Made by a program: the position numbers and the translations under genes | From: a virus | Taxonomy: Duplodnaviria; Caudoviricetes | IMG/VR virus record: IMGVR_UViG_3300020375_000001 | Span: 64,001 to 128,000 of that record | DNA: 64,000 nucleotides | Reading direction: 5' to 3' (one strand) | Shown here: positions 19,814 through 28,970 of the stretch, in pieces | How positions within the stretch are numbered: position 1 is the first letter of the stretch | Layout: every line of letters starts with the position of its first letter | The notes under the pieces: generated by a model | Databases searched by the model: none | What the model saw: only the letters and a program-made list of their open reading frames with translations | Told to the model about the DNA's origin: nothing

Positions 19814-19926
19814 TGGGATTAAAATTAAACGCACACAGTGCTGTGATGGACAGGGCATACTGTCCTAGGAAGCCATCACAGCTTCTCTACATATATATAG
19901 GAACGATGTGTAAAAAATATTTGAGG

Positions 19927-20082
19927 CTATGATTCCCCAAGGTTTCCCACACTTTCCTTTATACAGTAGCTAAGTTCCTCACCCAATTCAGCGAGTTCTT
20001 TAATCTCGGCCAGAGACAAGTTTTCTCTACAGAGTACTCGTCGCCTTAGGAGATTCATGGCTTCTTCTATTTCTTCATCCAT
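19927..20082 (-). CDS. Small acidic protein (51 aa, not in ORF track)
   Basis: Hand-translated MDEEIEEAMNLLRRRVLCREN...GES; GAGGTG SD 5 nt before ATG. Confidence 0.6.
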   Translation of the reverse strand: MDEEIEEAMNLLRRRVLCRENLSLAEIKELAELGEELSYCIKESVGNLGES

Positions 20083-20146
20083 TTTTCACCTCGTCTTTTT
20101 AGTTTATTTATGATTCCTCTTAAATTACTCCTGCAAGGATACACAC

Positions 20147-21238
20147 ATGCAAAACTTAATCTTCGGTGACCTACCAGACTTTGAAGTCTCTAAGGTAGAG
20201 TACCCAAAACTTGATTACGTGTTGCGCGGCCTAGAAGCTAACCTAGAGAAGGTTCTCAACTACGAACGCCGTAACAGTAAAGTAGTGGCGTCCGACCATC
20301 CGTTATTAGGAATGCTAAACCAAGCAGGACAAATGCTCGATGCAGATATCCGCTTTCATTATTTAGCAGCCCTAGACCTAAACGATAAATGGTGTGCGGC
20401 ACATGACATCACAACTGCTTCTAAGGCAGCATCACCGTACCTAGGTGAGTTCCTCAATGGTGGAGACATCGAGTTTCTCATTAGTTCCGTTGACAGAATA
20501 CCTAACAGTAAGTTTGTGAATGGTGGATATGCAGATTGGATTAACTTAACGCCCGTCAGAGTTGTGGCTTGTAATTACCATGACAGTTATCCATGGATTC
20601 CAGGTGAAGCACCTGAGAATGGTAACCGTTGGGCCATGATTGCAATTGACTTGCCAATGCTCTCTATAATGTATCGCGAATGGGTAAAATTTCTCAAGAA
20701 AGAAAATCTTGAAGAAACCCGCTCGGCATTTATTCGCAACTACGTACTGGCCAATGCTATCAAATCGTTACAGATGGCAAAACAATTAGTTCGCCTAACT
20801 CGAATGAAACAAGGTTTGGATGTAGACCATGTTCGCTCCGATTCAGAAATATCAGTGGTAGATTACGAGTCGCGTTTAGTTAAGGCTCAGTACTCCATGA
20901 TTAAGGATAATTCCTTACGGGACCTTAACTGGGTTGAACTACTACAGAACACCAAGATTGACCTCGACCAAGATTTAGGATACTTCCTAGATATAATCGA
21001 GACGGCAGAGACAAGCCAAAACCGCTGGGCTCTGGCTTTATCTCAGGTGCACCTGTGGCGCTTCTTATTATTACACGATAAAACCGATGGTGTAAACCAA
21101 CAGTATCGTGAACGGTTACAACGTTTCTTATACGAACTTAAACGTGACCGTGGCGTTAACGGTATCCGCAACTACCAAGCGGTTAACTTAGTTCGTGATG
21201 AACTTGAGCGTATCGCACAGCTATGTAAAGAAAGATAA
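20147..21238 (+). CDS. Conserved phiKZ-like protein (gp52-like, probable virion structural)
   Basis: 363 aa, opposite strand between DNA polymerase and chmA as in phiKZ; AGGA SD; function by synteny. Confidence 0.55.
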   Translation: MQNLIFGDLPDFEVSKVEYPKLDYVLRGLEANLEKVLNYERRNSKVVASDHPLLGMLNQAGQMLDADIRFHYLAALDLNDKWCAAHDITTASKAASPYLGEFLNGGDIEFLISSVDRIPNSKFVNGGYADWINLTPVRVVACNYHDSYPWIPGEAPENGNRWAMIAIDLPMLSIMYREWVKFLKKENLEETRSAFIRNYVLANAIKSLQMAKQLVRLTRMKQGLDVDHVRSDSEISVVDYESRLVKAQYSMIKDNSLRDLNWVELLQNTKIDLDQDLGYFLDIIETAETSQNRWALALSQVHLWRFLLLHDKTDGVNQQYRERLQRFLYELKRDRGVNGIRNYQAVNLVRDELERIAQLCKER

Positions 21239-21242
21239 GTCT

Positions 21243-21271
21243 GTGGGGTGAAAGCCCCACACTTATGTCGT
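21243..21271 (+). terminator. Hairpin plus CTTATGTCGT between convergent genes
   Basis: GTGGGG/CCCCAC stem. Confidence 0.65.
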
Positions 21272-21273
21272 CT

Positions 21274-23430
21274 TTATACACCTGTTAAGAAAGGTAGGTC
21301 TTTCAGGAAGTCAGATGGTAACTTAGAGTTATACTGATTCTTCATGAATATACCCAACGACTCTAGTACCAGGATGAACGGTTCTAACAGCGTAGCACAC
21401 ACTTTACGAATGTCCTTTGCTAACAACAGTTCTTTAGGTACACCCACCTGACTTACGACTTCAAGTGGCAGTAAAGCAATTTTGTAATCAGTTTTTGATT
21501 TACTGTCCAACCATTTTTCCATCCGGTAGGCAATCTCTTTATCCTCAATCTTACTCAACCATAGCTTAACCGCTGTCTGGTTAGGTAAGTCCAAAGATAA
21601 CTTCACGCCAATGTATGGTGGTGGTGGAGCTTTGCCGTAAGTAGGTCCAAAGACATAATCCCACATCTCGTAATGTTGATACGGGGAACTTTCTGGGTTC
21701 TTATACGACTCCATTGCTTTTACTGCAGAGAACTGGAGATATTCGGTTTTACCCGTCACCAGTGAATTGGTAATCTCTTCTTCAATCTGCACCACTTCTT
21801 TTAACAGGTTAGTGAGCGATAACATCTTACCTGCCATTACGTCATCCATAATGTTTTCGGTAAAGGTATTAAACCGGTTCATGATGTGCTTAGGAATCTT
21901 AGAGTTCTTCAGCGATACACCTTTATACTCAGGCTCTAGTTCATCGTACACGTTACCTTCACACGCACTGATGTAACTAAAGTAATGCTTCGCTTTAGTA
22001 GTCAGTGATAATACTGGGAAGAAGAATTCGTTCTTCATTTCCAGTTTACGGATGTGGTCAGGGATAACCCCCATACCCGCTGAGAGCTGTGCCAGTAGAT
22101 GCACGGTAGTCTGAGACGTAAGATATACCATCACCGCACCAACAGCGTTAGAAGTATCGTCAAAGCCCATGTCACCATCGTTGTACCACTTCACCCAATC
22201 TTGTACCGTAAAGATAGTAGAGTCGGTGTCTGAAACAATTACCGTCTTACGGATAGACTGTAGGAAGTAGGCCATAGACGGTGGCGGGTTATCCGTGCAC
22301 CAGAACGAACCAATTAGTAGAGAGAACTTCTCTAACGTCTCGTAGGTCTGTTTCACCTGTGCGGCCACCAACGCATATCGCTCAGGATGGTCTTTCTCCA
22401 AATCCCACCAAGTAGAGCCTTTCAGTTCCGCTGCACACACGATGCCAATCAAAGCCGTGACGTCAGCATCCATCTTTTCAATCCACTCTTTAGGGTTATC
22501 GATTGGAGTAGTTGCCTTAACTGCCAGTGGCGTGATAAAACTACGTACTACCTCAGGATTAAACTGCGTTAGGTGATACAAGTCCTGTGTGTATAAGTAG
22601 GCAGCACGTTGTAACGGAGTCAATGCTTTGATGTAATCTGCAATACGCTGAAACCTATCTGGAGCACGCCAATATTGGTCAGTAGAACGCCTTACTGCAT
22701 CTGTTACCTCTTCTGCAGTTGGGTAGTGTAGATTGTAGGCGGACATAGCCATTTCAATCTTATCGTAGTTGCTACACTGAACCACGGATACAATGTTGTT
22801 AATCGCAATGTCGGCATTACGGTAATGACGATTACCCATCAGGTAACGTTCCGTATTTGCATTCGAATAAGACGTTGCAGAACGACACGTGGACGTTAGT
22901 GTAGGGTGAGCCGATTTCAAGTACAGTGAGTTATGTGCACTTAAGTGAGCACCAGACACAGAGTTGTTCTTAATTTTAAATGTAGACTGCAATACGTGCT
23001 TGATTGCTGCTGATTCATGGTCACCATTTGCCTTGTCTTTCTGACCTGCCTTCTTAACCACTTTACGTTGAGCAACGTTACCATCAATGTATTCAGAGAG
23101 GATAGAACGTTTCTCATTTGGATTGATGTAGTTAGTTAAAGTAGGGGCCATCAGGTATTCTTGGTCTTCGATATCAGACAAGAACTGGCTGAAAGGAATA
23201 ACTTTCTTTTGTCTACCTTTCTTTTCGTCCCGCAGTAAGATACGGGTCGCTGGGTCTTTAGTTTCGAACTTCCCGCCCTTACCAGTTTCTTTTTGTACAA
23301 ATGCAATGGCTTCCTCAATAGGAATGCCCTCTACGGTGGCAAGATAATGTGCTGTATCTTTTATAGCCGCATCCAGAATACCTAGGTCTCTGCCGTATTC
23401 TGTAGCAGGTTTTACGAAAGGAGATAACAT
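21274..23430 (-). CDS. Family B DNA polymerase, polymerase subunit of the split jumbo-phage enzyme (gp50-like)
   Basis: FKIKNNSVSG (motif B), SDTDST (motif C), KAKHY, YKGV; no exonuclease domain. Confidence 0.88.
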   Translation of the reverse strand: MLSPFVKPATEYGRDLGILDAAIKDTAHYLATVEGIPIEEAIAFVQKETGKGGKFETKDPATRILLRDEKKGRQKKVIPFSQFLSDIEDQEYLMAPTLTNYINPNEKRSILSEYIDGNVAQRKVVKKAGQKDKANGDHESAAIKHVLQSTFKIKNNSVSGAHLSAHNSLYLKSAHPTLTSTCRSATSYSNANTERYLMGNRHYRNADIAINNIVSVVQCSNYDKIEMAMSAYNLHYPTAEEVTDAVRRSTDQYWRAPDRFQRIADYIKALTPLQRAAYLYTQDLYHLTQFNPEVVRSFITPLAVKATTPIDNPKEWIEKMDADVTALIGIVCAAELKGSTWWDLEKDHPERYALVAAQVKQTYETLEKFSLLIGSFWCTDNPPPSMAYFLQSIRKTVIVSDTDSTIFTVQDWVKWYNDGDMGFDDTSNAVGAVMVYLTSQTTVHLLAQLSAGMGVIPDHIRKLEMKNEFFFPVLSLTTKAKHYFSYISACEGNVYDELEPEYKGVSLKNSKIPKHIMNRFNTFTENIMDDVMAGKMLSLTNLLKEVVQIEEEITNSLVTGKTEYLQFSAVKAMESYKNPESSPYQHYEMWDYVFGPTYGKAPPPPYIGVKLSLDLPNQTAVKLWLSKIEDKEIAYRMEKWLDSKSKTDYKIALLPLEVVSQVGVPKELLLAKDIRKVCATLLEPFILVLESLGIFMKNQYNSKLPSDFLKDLPFLTGV

Positions 23431-23454
23431 CTCGAATTCCTTTAGTTAGAACTT

Positions 23455-23482
23455 CTATATTAAAATGGAGTACAGTATTTTT
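23455..23482 (-). promoter_or_regulatory. Putative middle-type promoter (AAAATACTG-N13-TATAG)
   Basis: Upstream of DNA polymerase. Confidence 0.55.
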
Positions 23483-23565
23483 TCGTTTAAACAAAAAAAA
23501 GAGGCTATGCCTCTTTTCATTTAAGGGGTAGGAATCTACCCCTCCTTAATTGGATATGTCACCTT

Positions 23566-23994
23566 TTAATAAAAGTAGTGTCTCATGCGGCAACGATACC
23601 ACACCTCGAAGGCATCTCTATCTTCGCGTAATGTAGCGGGACAAATCGCCTCCATGATACGTCTACGCATTTCGTCCGCACCCAATTTCTTTAGTTCTTC
23701 CTCTACGGTACCTTCATTGTCATGAATGATGCATTCGGAGAAAATTAATGCAGACGCCATATCCCCATCATCTTCAATGGTGTAGTAGTGGTCGTAGTTA
23801 CTTTGATTGACCTCTACCTTACCATCTTTAATACGGTAACGCATACGGGCAAATCCCCAAACTGTAACCGTGTGACCCATGTGTTTTCTACTCAGTTCGA
23901 GCGCCCGTTCAAGAACATCTCCCTCAGTAACAAATTCATCCGCCACATCGACGGTGCCTTTTATTGCGTGTACTTGTATATTCCACATTGCCAT
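23566..23994 (-). CDS. Hypothetical protein
   Basis: 142 aa, AGGAG SD. Confidence 0.65.
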   Translation of the reverse strand: MAMWNIQVHAIKGTVDVADEFVTEGDVLERALELSRKHMGHTVTVWGFARMRYRIKDGKVEVNQSNYDHYYTIEDDGDMASALIFSECIIHDNEGTVEEELKKLGADEMRRRIMEAICPATLREDRDAFEVWYRCRMRHYFY

Positions 23995-24042
23995 TTTCTC
24001 CTTTTATATTTAAACGGCATAACTAGGGAGGTAAGTACCTCC

Positions 24043-24276
24043 CTAATAAACTCTATGTTGCTCCCCACGCCCCATACGTAATAACCTCTCAAGTTCTTCA
24101 GCGAGGGTTATACGCAGGTTACGCTTTATCAGTAGCACTATGTCTACCATAATATCGCGCTTGACACGAATCAGTGCATGTTGGTCAAACCCATTTAACG
24201 TTATCGATATATGTGGATACGACTTAGAAATATACTGCGTTCTGTTTCCGTATCTTCGTACATCGAACCTGTCCAT
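24043..24276 (-). CDS. Hypothetical protein
   Basis: 77-aa ORF in operon. Confidence 0.55.
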   Translation of the reverse strand: MDRFDVRRYGNRTQYISKSYPHISITLNGFDQHALIRVKRDIMVDIVLLIKRNLRITLAEELERLLRMGRGEQHRVY

Positions 24277-24280
24277 GAGT

Positions 24281-24694
24281 TTATACCATCTTAGCGTCCA
24301 CTAGTGTCCAACCGGCAGCCGCAATGTGATTACGGAGTCGGGTTAAATCGGTTGAGCTGATATTTTGGATTCTAACTACCGCAGTGCTGGAATCGCGTTG
24401 TTCAATTGTCGTAGGATTAATCCATGGGATACCTACGGCCGTAAATTGCCCATTCGGCAGCTTAACCTTAATGTAATAGTACTGAGTAGGGTCGTCGGGT
24501 GCGGTACCCTGTGCAAGCATTGGATAGATATTGCGATGAAGCGTATATGGGTCTATCAATGCCTTAGCAGAGTCGGCATCTAAACTGCCCACTACTTTAA
24601 CGTTGTCAAACTTAGTTGGTAGTACAGCCTTCACGTTTTCAAATACGCTGAAGCTAACTACGTCCCCAAGTTTTATACCGGGAATTACTTCCAT
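24281..24694 (-). CDS. Conserved Chimalliviridae protein (gp49-like, SH3-like)
   Basis: HRNIYPML...PDDPTQYYY...GIPWI pattern recalled from phiKZ-like core genes. Confidence 0.6.
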   Translation of the reverse strand: MEVIPGIKLGDVVSFSVFENVKAVLPTKFDNVKVVGSLDADSAKALIDPYTLHRNIYPMLAQGTAPDDPTQYYYIKVKLPNGQFTAVGIPWINPTTIEQRDSSTAVVRIQNISSTDLTRLRNHIAAAGWTLVDAKMV

Positions 24695-24696
24695 TG

Positions 24697-24978
24697 CTAC
24701 ATAACCTTAATCATTAGGGATTTACATTCGTCTATAGCCTCAAGTCCAGCCACAGAGAAGAAATCTAGTTTAACACCATACGATGAAAGAGTATCCAGTA
24801 GCAATTCTAGTAAATCTAAAAATGCTGGATGCATCTCTTCCACCGGTTTCTCCATTTCCTTTCTAAACACAGCCGATAGAATATCAATGGGTTCTGGTAC
24901 GTCATCTATTTGGAATTCCCGATAGATTCTGTCCATGTAGTACGACAACCGCAGAGGTTGGACAAGTACTACTTTCAT
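24697..24978 (-). CDS. Small acidic protein, array member
   Basis: 93 aa, GGAGG SD. Confidence 0.65.
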   Translation of the reverse strand: MKVVLVQPLRLSYYMDRIYREFQIDDVPEPIDILSAVFRKEMEKPVEEMHPAFLDLLELLLDTLSSYGVKLDFFSVAGLEAIDECKSLMIKVM

Positions 24979-24987
24979 ACAACCTCC

Positions 24988-25395
24988 TTAGTTCATAACT
25001 TCCACTATTACATCTCCGGACGGTAGCATCTCAATCACGTACAATGTAGGTAGGTTCCTTTCAGGGTCGGTATTTAAAGCACCGAGTCCTATCCGTAACA
25101 TTATTCGATTGGCACGCTGCGCTAACTCACAAAGGTCATCGCTCAGGTTTGGTATATCTGGAATGGGGGTATGTCCAGCAGAGATACCAGCGTACTCTTC
25201 TTCCAATCCCAATAGATGATTATTAACAGTGTCGTAGGGTTCATAGAAATTGTTAGGGTGAACTACTTGCGCAGCATCTATAATGATGTTGACAAATACC
25301 TCTGGGTCGATTTCCAAAAGCCCTGACCTGTTCATAAGGTCTGTTACCAATGTAGAAAATTCTGCACTAGGTAACATAGCACGTTCTTTTGCCAT
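24988..25395 (-). CDS. Small acidic protein, paralog of 25405..25812
   Basis: 135 aa; MAKERAMLP... and ...GDVIVEV align with neighbour. Confidence 0.7.
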   Translation of the reverse strand: MAKERAMLPSAEFSTLVTDLMNRSGLLEIDPEVFVNIIIDAAQVVHPNNFYEPYDTVNNHLLGLEEEYAGISAGHTPIPDIPNLSDDLCELAQRANRIMLRIGLGALNTDPERNLPTLYVIEMLPSGDVIVEVMN

Positions 25396-25404
25396 GTTGT
25401 TCTC

Positions 25405-25812
25405 CTAGCCACAGATTTCTACAACCAAATCTCCTTGATGGGACATGTCCAGTATAGTAATACATGGCCAATCTTTATTTGGGTCATTGTTAAAACGGTC
25501 TAACTCCAAAGCCACCATCGTACGATAAAGCTTTACCGCCAAGTTACTTAGCGTGTCGTGGAGATTAGGTACATCAGCTAGAGGAACAGCGTCCATAGTA
25601 ACCAAGCCTATTTCAGTACCTAAGGCAAGTAGGTTATTGTGAATAACGTCATTCATCATCGCCCAGTTGGTATCATTAAAGGCAAGTGCTGCATCTAACA
25701 ATACCATGGTTAGTTTTTCGTAATCTACTTCTGGGATATCACACTCAACAATAAGTTCAGCCAGTTCCCTTGAGATATCACGTGTTGGTAGAATAGCGTG
25801 TTCTTTCTTCAT
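25405..25812 (-). CDS. Small acidic protein, paralog of 24988..25395
   Basis: 135 aa; MKKEHAILP... and ...GDLVVEI. Confidence 0.7.
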   Translation of the reverse strand: MKKEHAILPTRDISRELAELIVECDIPEVDYEKLTMVLLDAALAFNDTNWAMMNDVIHNNLLALGTEIGLVTMDAVPLADVPNLHDTLSNLAVKLYRTMVALELDRFNNDPNKDWPCITILDMSHQGDLVVEICG

Positions 25813-25815
25813 AAG

Positions 25816-26196
25816 CTACTCCAGTAAAAAGAATGCACTGTTTCCTTTCAACTCAGAAAAGTAAGCTTGACGTTTAGGGTACGCCCGTGCTACTTCCCCT
25901 AGGTTCTTGTTAATGAATCGAATGGTATCATTAAGCAAGGCAACCAGTGCGTTGTAATCGTTACCATCAGCAAACTCCATACTCTCTGCAATATCGTAAG
26001 ACATCTCCGATACCGCATCCACATCATCGCTGTGAGGCGCTAATGCGGATAGCAATTGAAGTATGTCTTCGAACGATAAACCAAAGGATGTATCTGTGGA
26101 GTATACTGGGCTACGGTGGTGTTCCAACTCGTACCGTAAACGGTCAGTGTTGATAATAACCACAATCGGTTTATTAGTGGCCATAGATATATACAT
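25816..26196 (-). CDS. Small acidic protein, array member
   Basis: 126 aa. Confidence 0.65.
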   Translation of the reverse strand: MYISMATNKPIVVIINTDRLRYELEHHRSPVYSTDTSFGLSFEDILQLLSALAPHSDDVDAVSEMSYDIAESMEFADGNDYNALVALLNDTIRFINKNLGEVARAYPKRQAYFSELKGNSAFFLLE

Positions 26197-26551
26197 CTCC
26201 GTTTAATAGTTCTACACTTATCTCTATACCGCAGAGGAACTCATCCAGTTGGTAGAAAGAAAGCAAATATCGGGCATAGGTAAAACCTACGTGGGCAATA
26301 AGTTCATCTTCTTCAGAACTCATACCCACATCCCAGAAATTATACATTTCCATTCGGTTATACCACATCCTTCTAGCCAAATCTTCATTTGCTCTGCGCA
26401 GTGACGAGAACCCAACTTCAGCCATTAGGTAAATGGTGCTAAGGATAAAGTCTTGTCTCGTCATTTGCACAAAATCTTCTATCAGGATGTTTTCACCCTG
26501 CAAAGCCCGTTCAACGCTATCGCCAGGAATAACGCAAACTACTTTGCTCAT
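26174..26551 (-). CDS. Small acidic protein, array member
   Basis: 125 aa, ends NGDVYIYGH. Confidence 0.65.
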   Translation of the reverse strand: MSKVVCVIPGDSVERALQGENILIEDFVQMTRQDFILSTIYLMAEVGFSSLRRANEDLARRMWYNRMEMYNFWDVGMSSEEDELIAHVGFTYARYLLSFYQLDEFLCGIEISVELLNGDVYIYGH

Positions 26552-26562
26552 TTTGTCATACC

Positions 26563-27045
26563 TCAGTAACTGTAAGCAGAACGCATCCGCTCAGGAACGT
26601 AACCACCCGCCTCTTCGAACATAGCCTCTTCTTTCAAGTGACGCTCATACTCGAGTGCGCGACGGTCACCCCGGTCGATAATCTTTAGGTTGTACACAGC
26701 TCCCGCAGCGTCAACGTCCAGAAATTCAACCTCGTACAGATGATGGTCACGAACAGGACCTAATGCATTAGCCACCATTTCGGTTAGCAGATTACGCATT
26801 ACTTTACGTGCCCGTTCGATGTTATCTGTTGGAAAGCCCATGTCACCAAACTGAGCCTCTTCATATTCTTTCTCTTCCCAATAGCTCATGGGATTCATTG
26901 GTTCAAGGATAAGACGTAACTCCGCCTCAACCCAAGGTCGCCAATTAACCATGTCTAATATAAGACTGTCGTGAATACTCAAGGCTTTCTTAGTTTGGCT
27001 AATCGCTGGGCCTAAATCAAAGATTGCTCCAAGTGCGTTTGCCAT
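26563..27045 (-). CDS. Acidic hypothetical protein, array member
   Basis: 160 aa. Confidence 0.65.
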   Translation of the reverse strand: MANALGAIFDLGPAISQTKKALSIHDSLILDMVNWRPWVEAELRLILEPMNPMSYWEEKEYEEAQFGDMGFPTDNIERARKVMRNLLTEMVANALGPVRDHHLYEVEFLDVDAAGAVYNLKIIDRGDRRALEYERHLKEEAMFEEAGGYVPERMRSAYSY

Positions 27046-27050
27046 ATTAC

Positions 27051-27578
27051 CTACCTGAAATCTGAAATGCCGTCTTCTTGGACTGTACCAGTAATAGAGA
27101 AACTTACCAGCTTTTCAATAGATGGAATCTCTGTCGAGTTAGTATGTTTCATGTAGCGATACAATACTTCCGCGTAGTTACCTTGGTAGATAACAAACAG
27201 ACCACCATTTCTAAAGAACACGTCCCACATGCCAAAAGGATGACGCTTAAAAATATTCGTCATTAACATTTCAGCGTAGTCCATGACATATGTCGAATCG
27301 CCTGTCCACTTCTTACCGTGTAGTTTTTCCAATACACGAATGGAGACGTATTTGGAACCAGCATCGTATTCCACGTTGTTGGCAATTACATCTTGGAAAC
27401 TATCGACGATAAATGTCTCAAGACCTTCTTCCGACTCAGGCAGTTCAAACCCCTCATCAGCAAAATTTGCCCTGGCACAGTTCTTCAACGTTGTTCCGTC
27501 CAGTATAAAACAACCAGACATGATAACGTCTTTAGAATCCCGCACCATTTTGTAGATTGGGTATTTCAACTTCAACAT
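27051..27578 (-). CDS. Hypothetical protein, array member
   Basis: 175 aa, GGAG SD. Confidence 0.65.
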   Translation of the reverse strand: MLKLKYPIYKMVRDSKDVIMSGCFILDGTTLKNCARANFADEGFELPESEEGLETFIVDSFQDVIANNVEYDAGSKYVSIRVLEKLHGKKWTGDSTYVMDYAEMLMTNIFKRHPFGMWDVFFRNGGLFVIYQGNYAEVLYRYMKHTNSTEIPSIEKLVSFSITGTVQEDGISDFR

Positions 27579-27946
27579 GTTATCTCCAATAATGACTCGC
27601 GTATTTTTATTTTAATGTTTGCCACTTGCACTTCACCAAGTAAAGTTCGCATGTGACGCTCCCGTTTATACAGTTCTTTGTCTACACGTCCTGTCAGTTC
27701 CGTTGGTACAGAATGTAGGTAACGGTATAGACTATCAGGGATGGGTGCACGTGAATTGTGTTGTGGTAAGTGTGCAGCAAACATCAGCGAGAATTCTCTT
27801 AGACGTTGGTGGATGATAAGCTCTACAATATTATCCTGTAAATGTTGATACTCTGGGTACTCCGTTAGTATCTCTTTTACATAGGTAGTGACTGCTCTTA
27901 TTTCCCATCCGGCATCTAAGATAACAAGACGTTGTCTCTTACTCAT
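27572..27946 (-). CDS. Hypothetical protein, array member
   Basis: 124 aa, GGGAGAGG SD; promoter at 27988-28015. Confidence 0.65.
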   Translation of the reverse strand: MSKRQRLVILDAGWEIRAVTTYVKEILTEYPEYQHLQDNIVELIIHQRLREFSLMFAAHLPQHNSRAPIPDSLYRYLHSVPTELTGRVDKELYKRERHMRTLLGEVQVANIKIKIRESLLEITC

Positions 27947-27987
27947 TTTGCCTCTCCCGTTTATATAGAGGATATAGATTCCTCCCC

Positions 27988-28015
27988 CTATACTAAAAGC
28001 ATTCTATGTAAATTT
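27988..28015 (-). promoter_or_regulatory. Putative middle-type promoter (AATTTACAT-N13-TATAG)
   Basis: Heads the small-acidic-protein array. Confidence 0.55.
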
Positions 28016-28124
28016 TATACGGCCTGTATACCGCTGTAATCAATTAGGATATACTGGGGATACGGTAGTACTATTTAATGTTTAATCTACCCTCTACGTG
28101 CTTCTCTGGAAAGATTTAAAGGGG

Positions 28125-28376
28125 CTAGTCCGTTGTGTGGACGTATACCTTATCGTCAGGGGTAAACACCGGTAACGTTGCTGTAAACGTAGTAGCTACT
28201 TGGAGTGTCCCATATACTTTATTCAGATGGGCAATTATCCCTTCGGGCATGTCCCCGCTTCCCAACACAATGTAGATGTGTTCTGGGTCGCAGAGCTTTC
28301 TGGTTTGTAAGAAGTCTCCCTTCTCAGATTTCCCCACCACCTCGATATCGTCAGATACAACTATAATAAGTTTCAT
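28125..28376 (-). CDS. Small hypothetical protein
   Basis: 83 aa, AAGG SD, early-type promoter at 28409-28427. Confidence 0.65.
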   Translation of the reverse strand: MKLIIVVSDDIEVVGKSEKGDFLQTRKLCDPEHIYIVLGSGDMPEGIIAHLNKVYGTLQVATTFTATLPVFTPDDKVYVHTTD

Positions 28377-28408
28377 TACCTTTCCTTTTATTTGTTTACT
28401 TCACCAAG

Positions 28409-28427
28409 ATAATATATCTTTATAAAA
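28409..28427 (-). promoter_or_regulatory. Putative early-type promoter (TTTTATAAAGATATATTAT)
   Basis: Upstream of 28125..28376. Confidence 0.55.
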
Positions 28428-28437
28428 AAATAGGTAA

Positions 28438-28465
28438 GACGGCATAAGCGACGGCATCGGCCGTC
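28438..28465 (-). terminator. Hairpin plus CTTATGCCGT ending the post-phuZ non-coding region
   Basis: GACGGC/GCCGTC stem. Confidence 0.6.
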
Positions 28466-28685
28466 ACATACTTAGATGTTCTAGTCAATGTTCTAATGGA
28501 TATTGACCACGGGGGAATTATCGCTTATGCACTTTCTTATCACCCTACTAGAGGTAATGCTTACAAATCCATTGGGGCGTAATGTAAGACATCTCTCGTT
28601 CGAAGCAGTTAGTCCTTGTGGACCACTATAACCAATTCCCATTTAAGGGAGCTTTGTGTTTGCCAGATTGTAATTTTTTAAAAAC

Positions 28686-28940
28686 CGTTAGAACTGGTCC
28701 GAGGCGGGCGCTCCTAATTAAAGGAACCCCCGACTCTTTCCAGCCTGGTTCAACCCCGGCAGGGTACCGCTAGCTTACATGGGCACTTTCGTCGTTGGTG
28801 AAGTGTGCCTCTGCCGTCAGCGCACGGCTCAGAGTCATGGTGTAAGGCGAAATTGAAAAACTCCCACACCAGAGAATCAGCTGCGTCCCCGCCGGGGTAA
28901 CCACAGCAACGCCGACGAGAACCTTAAAAGTACACCCGTC
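28686..28940 (-). ncRNA. Putative structured non-coding RNA of unknown family
   Basis: ORF-free; ~57% GC (138/240 hand-counted over 28681-28920); six stem-loops and a possible pseudoknot; strand inferred from upstream TATAGTATG and the downstream minus-strand terminator. Confidence 0.6.
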
Positions 28941-28970
28941 TACATACTATAGGTATTTTTAACTTAACTT

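Noticed and set aside
28650-28665. GGCAAAC...CAAAGC on the minus strand resembling a c-di-GMP-I riboswitch
   Set aside because: No P2 stem with GNRA loop between the two motifs
28686-28940. Resemblance of the structured region to known RNAs: tRNA T-loop (GGTTCAACC), tmRNA 5' end (GCTGATTCT), SRP helix 8 (CAGG..GGAA), hammerhead (CTGACG..GAAA), group II domain V (GAGCCGTG)
   Set aside because: Each match is only a few nucleotides and the required context is missing (no acceptor stem or CCA, no AGCA, no stem II, domain V too short), so the RNA is left unassigned
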